Shown: positions 61,381 to 64,000 of the stretch, piece after piece | Layout: each line of letters begins with the position of its first letter | Position numbering within the stretch: the stretch's first letter is position 1 | NCBI GenBank assembly: GCA_965249575.1 | Contig: OZ252244.1 | Span: 992,001-1,056,000 of the forward strand | Direction of reading: 5' to 3' | DNA: 64,000 nucleotides | DNA from: Gemmatimonadales bacterium | GTDB taxonomy: Bacteria > Gemmatimonadota > Gemmatimonadetes > Gemmatimonadales > GWC2-71-9 | The notes under the pieces: model-generated | The model's input: only the letters and a program-made list of their open reading frames with translations | Told to the model about the DNA's origin: nothing | Database searches by the model: none | Program-made: the position numbers and the translations under genes

Positions 61381-61525
61381 GGAGCGCGGAACGTACGCCG
61401 GCGGCCATCCGAAAGTCAACGCATGGGTCAGCTGTCACCCCGTGGGGACATCCCGCCTGGTGATAACACGCAGCTGAAAGCCATAAGTGCATGTCGGACA
61501 ACAGTATGGCCGTTTGATCCCAGCG

Positions 61526-61541
61526 TGGCATATTGCCTGCT
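61526..61541 (+). promoter_or_regulatory. Putative sigma-54 (-24/-12) promoter
   Basis: TGGCATATTGCCTGCT = GG-N10-GC, about 45 bp upstream of the RBS/ATG at 61584. Confidence 0.5.
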
Positions 61542-61583
61542 TCGTGATACATTGAATCTGCTTCGGTTTTTGGAGGTCATGAC

Positions 61584-62957
61584 ATGACGCAGTTGGCCGC
61601 GCTAGCGGTCCTGCTTGCCACCGTACCCCCGGGTGACGGCGGTGACGCTTCCTTTTCCATATACATGGACCGGCATCGTGCCGCGCAGGGACCCCTCGTC
61701 CAGCTCTCGATGAATCAGGACGAGCTCTTCGAGCAGGGCGACAGGGCACGAGTGTACTTCCGCGCCGAACAGGCCTCCTACGTGACGATCTTCCGTGTGG
61801 ACACGGACGGACGCGTCCGGGTGATTCACCCGCTCGAACCGTGGGAGGATAATTACGCGCGCGCGCGCCAGCGGTACGAGGTTCGGCGGCCCGGCGAGAA
61901 GTTCGCCTTCACGGTGGACGACTACCCTGGCTAGGGTTACCTGCTCGCCGTCACCAGCCTCGACCCATTCGACTATTCCGACTACGTACGCGGGGACCAT
62001 TGGGACTATCGGGTGATCGCCACCAGCGGCCGGATCGCCGGCGATCCGTATGTCGCGCTCATGGAGCTGGCCGACCACATCGTCCCGGCCAACTACGTCG
62101 ACTATTCCTACGACGTCCTTCCGTATTTCGTCGAGGAACGGTACGAGTATCCCCGATTCCTGTGCTACGATTGCCACGCATATGCGGCGTACCCCTACTG
62201 GGATCCGTACGTACACTCGTGCCTGCGCTTCCAGATCGTGATCTACGACGAGCCGTACTACTATCCCGCCCGGTATTACCCGGGGACCCGGGTAGTATAC
62301 CGGCGGGGTGATCGCGTAGAGCCACGCTACGTCTTCAAAGACCGCGTGCCCACGCAGCCGTACGTCGTGAGGCAACGCGCGCGGCCCACCGATCCGACAG
62401 GCCGGCGAATCGCCGATCCCGGCGTTACCAGCACGGACTTGGGTGGCGCAGGTCGCGTTCCGGCACCCACACGCGGCCGTGACGACCTCGGCCCCCGAGC
62501 GGCGCCCGGGCGGGATGGTCGGCGGCCCGCACCGGCGCTCGATGGGGGTAGGCGCCCCGCACCGGCGAGCGCGGGGATTCGAGTTCCCTCACCCAGCACC
62601 CCCGCGGCTCGGCAACCGGAGGAGCGTGCCCGTCCCGAAGCCGAGGAACCGGAAGAGCGCACCCGGCAGCAGCCGAGTCTCGAGCGGCGGGATCCAAAGC
62701 GCGTTTCCCCTCCCGAGCGGGAGCCCAGGGATGCTGAGGCATCGCCGCCACCGTCCCGGCCGGAACCTAAACGAGTGGAACCCCGGACCGAGCCGTCGCG
62801 CGCAGAACCGCCGCGTCGGACCGAGCCGCAGTCCGAGCCCAGGCGGGCGGAGCCGGCTAGGCCCCCCGCCCGATCGCGCCCTCCGGCGGCTCGGCCCAAA
62901 CCCGAACCACGGTCCGCTCCTCCTCCGACGGAGCCGAGGCGTCGGCCGAGTTCGTAA
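61584..62957 (+). CDS. DUF4384-domain protein with Pro/Arg-rich tail, interrupted by in-frame TAG at 61932
   Basis: GDRARVYFR..YVTIFRVDTDGRVRVI.P; DDYPG*GYLLAV continues in frame; YPRFLCYDCH. Confidence 0.75.
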
Positions 62958-63018
62958 GCCCAAGCGGTCGCGCACCGCGACTACCCGCGGAGCCGTCCTC
63001 CCGCCTATCTTGATCGTC

Positions 63019-64000
63019 ATGGCCATCGGTGAACGATTGCGATCTGCCCGCGGGAGTGCGGGCTCGATCCTCGCACTCCTGCTCGCATGCCCTGTGACCA
63101 GCCTTGCCCAGGCGGCCGGCCTGGCTGAGGCGGTTTCGTCGATCACGGCGGGCGACATACAGCGCCGGATCGACGTCATCGCACACGACTCGATGCGCGG
63201 TCGAGACACGCCGAGCGCCGAACTCGATGAGGGGGCGGCCTACATCGCGGGGGAATTCCGCAGCATCGGGCTCGCACCAGGTGGCCACGACCAAACCTTC
63301 ATTCAGCACTACCCCATCAAGCGCGTACAGCTCGACAGCGTCGCCTCGAGGATACTGGTAGCCCGCGGGCCCACGTGGCGCCTCGGAGACGATTTCACGA
63401 ACGTGCGGGGCGGCAACGACGCTCCCGAAGGTGCGCGGGGGACGGTGGTCGTCATCGCGGGTGTGTTCACCGATCCACGAAGCGCGCGCGACATGGATCT
63501 CGCGGGCAAGGTCGCTATCCTCGTTTCGGGTTCGGATTCACGCGGCGGATTCACCCCCGGCCTGTTACGCGCGCTCACCACGGTCAGGGCGCAGCGTCCC
63601 GCGGCGATTCTCCTCGTGCACGCGGTCAGCGATGCCGAGTGGGCCAGCATTACCGCACAGCAGCGCCGGGTCACCGTCCTGCCGTCGTGGCGCACTGAGC
63701 GCAGGAGATCCGGCCCACCGATCCCCATCGTGCGCGACCGGGCAGCCGCGCCACTATTGGCGAGATACGGCATTTCCCTGCCCGAGCTGCGGCGAGTGGT
63801 GCGTGAACCCGCCCGGAGTCACGCGCTCCCCGACCTCGACATGACGGTAACGGTTCAGCGAAGCGTCATCGGAACCGGCTATGCGCCAAACGTGGTCGGT
63901 ATCCTCGAGGGCCGGGATCCCGCTTTGAAGAACGAGTACATCGTCTTCAGTGCACACATGGATCACGTCGGCATCGGCCGCCCCGACGCGCGGGGCGACA
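63019..64000 (+). CDS. M28-family peptidase (3' end outside window)
   Basis: Signal peptide; IAHDSMRGRDTPS; APNVVGILEGRDP.LKNEYIVFSAHMDHVG. Confidence 0.9.
   Translation, partial: MAIGERLRSARGSAGSILALLLACPVTSLAQAAGLAEAVSSITAGDIQRRIDVIAHDSMRGRDTPSAELDEGAAYIAGEFRSIGLAPGGHDQTFIQHYPIKRVQLDSVASRILVARGPTWRLGDDFTNVRGGNDAPEGARGTVVVIAGVFTDPRSARDMDLAGKVAILVSGSDSRGGFTPGLLRALTTVRAQRPAAILLVHAVSDAEWASITAQQRRVTVLPSWRTERRRSGPPIPIVRDRAAAPLLARYGISLPELRRVVREPARSHALPDLDMTVTVQRSVIGTGYAPNVVGILEGRDPALKNEYIVFSAHMDHVGIGRPDARGD

Overview
High-GC bacterial window. Gene content suggests Gemmatimonadota (inference from LVIVD/DUF5916/DUF4384 secreted proteins, many eukaryotic-like Ser/Thr kinases and the mfd-PPIase-surA-pdxA block). 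Many single-base frameshifts point to an unpolished long-read assembly. 1-36 kb holds mostly envelope, secreted and stress genes: three LVIVD-like beta-propeller paralogs, arsR-arsM, an ECF sigma/anti-sigma/periplasmic trio, hydrolases and YjgN-M48. 47-64 kb is housekeeping (typA, hisD, HlyC/CorC, pdxA, surA, mfd, BatA/DUF58). The most notable part is 36-46.7 kb, an integration hotspot at a tRNA-Ile(GAT). It has a 45-bp perfect att direct repeat (38271/46605), a third degenerate att copy (37591), putative arm-type repeats and two decayed tyrosine-integrase pieces. Inside the 8.3-kb island are five same-orientation copies of an unannotated ~30-bp pseudo-palindromic site (GGTACCATC-N3-CGGCGG-TAA-N3-GGTACC) plus a companion GGGGAACAG motif. 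Together they partition the cargo into cassette-like modules, a candidate undescribed site-specific gene-cassette system. All family assignments are from motif recognition only; no searches were run.
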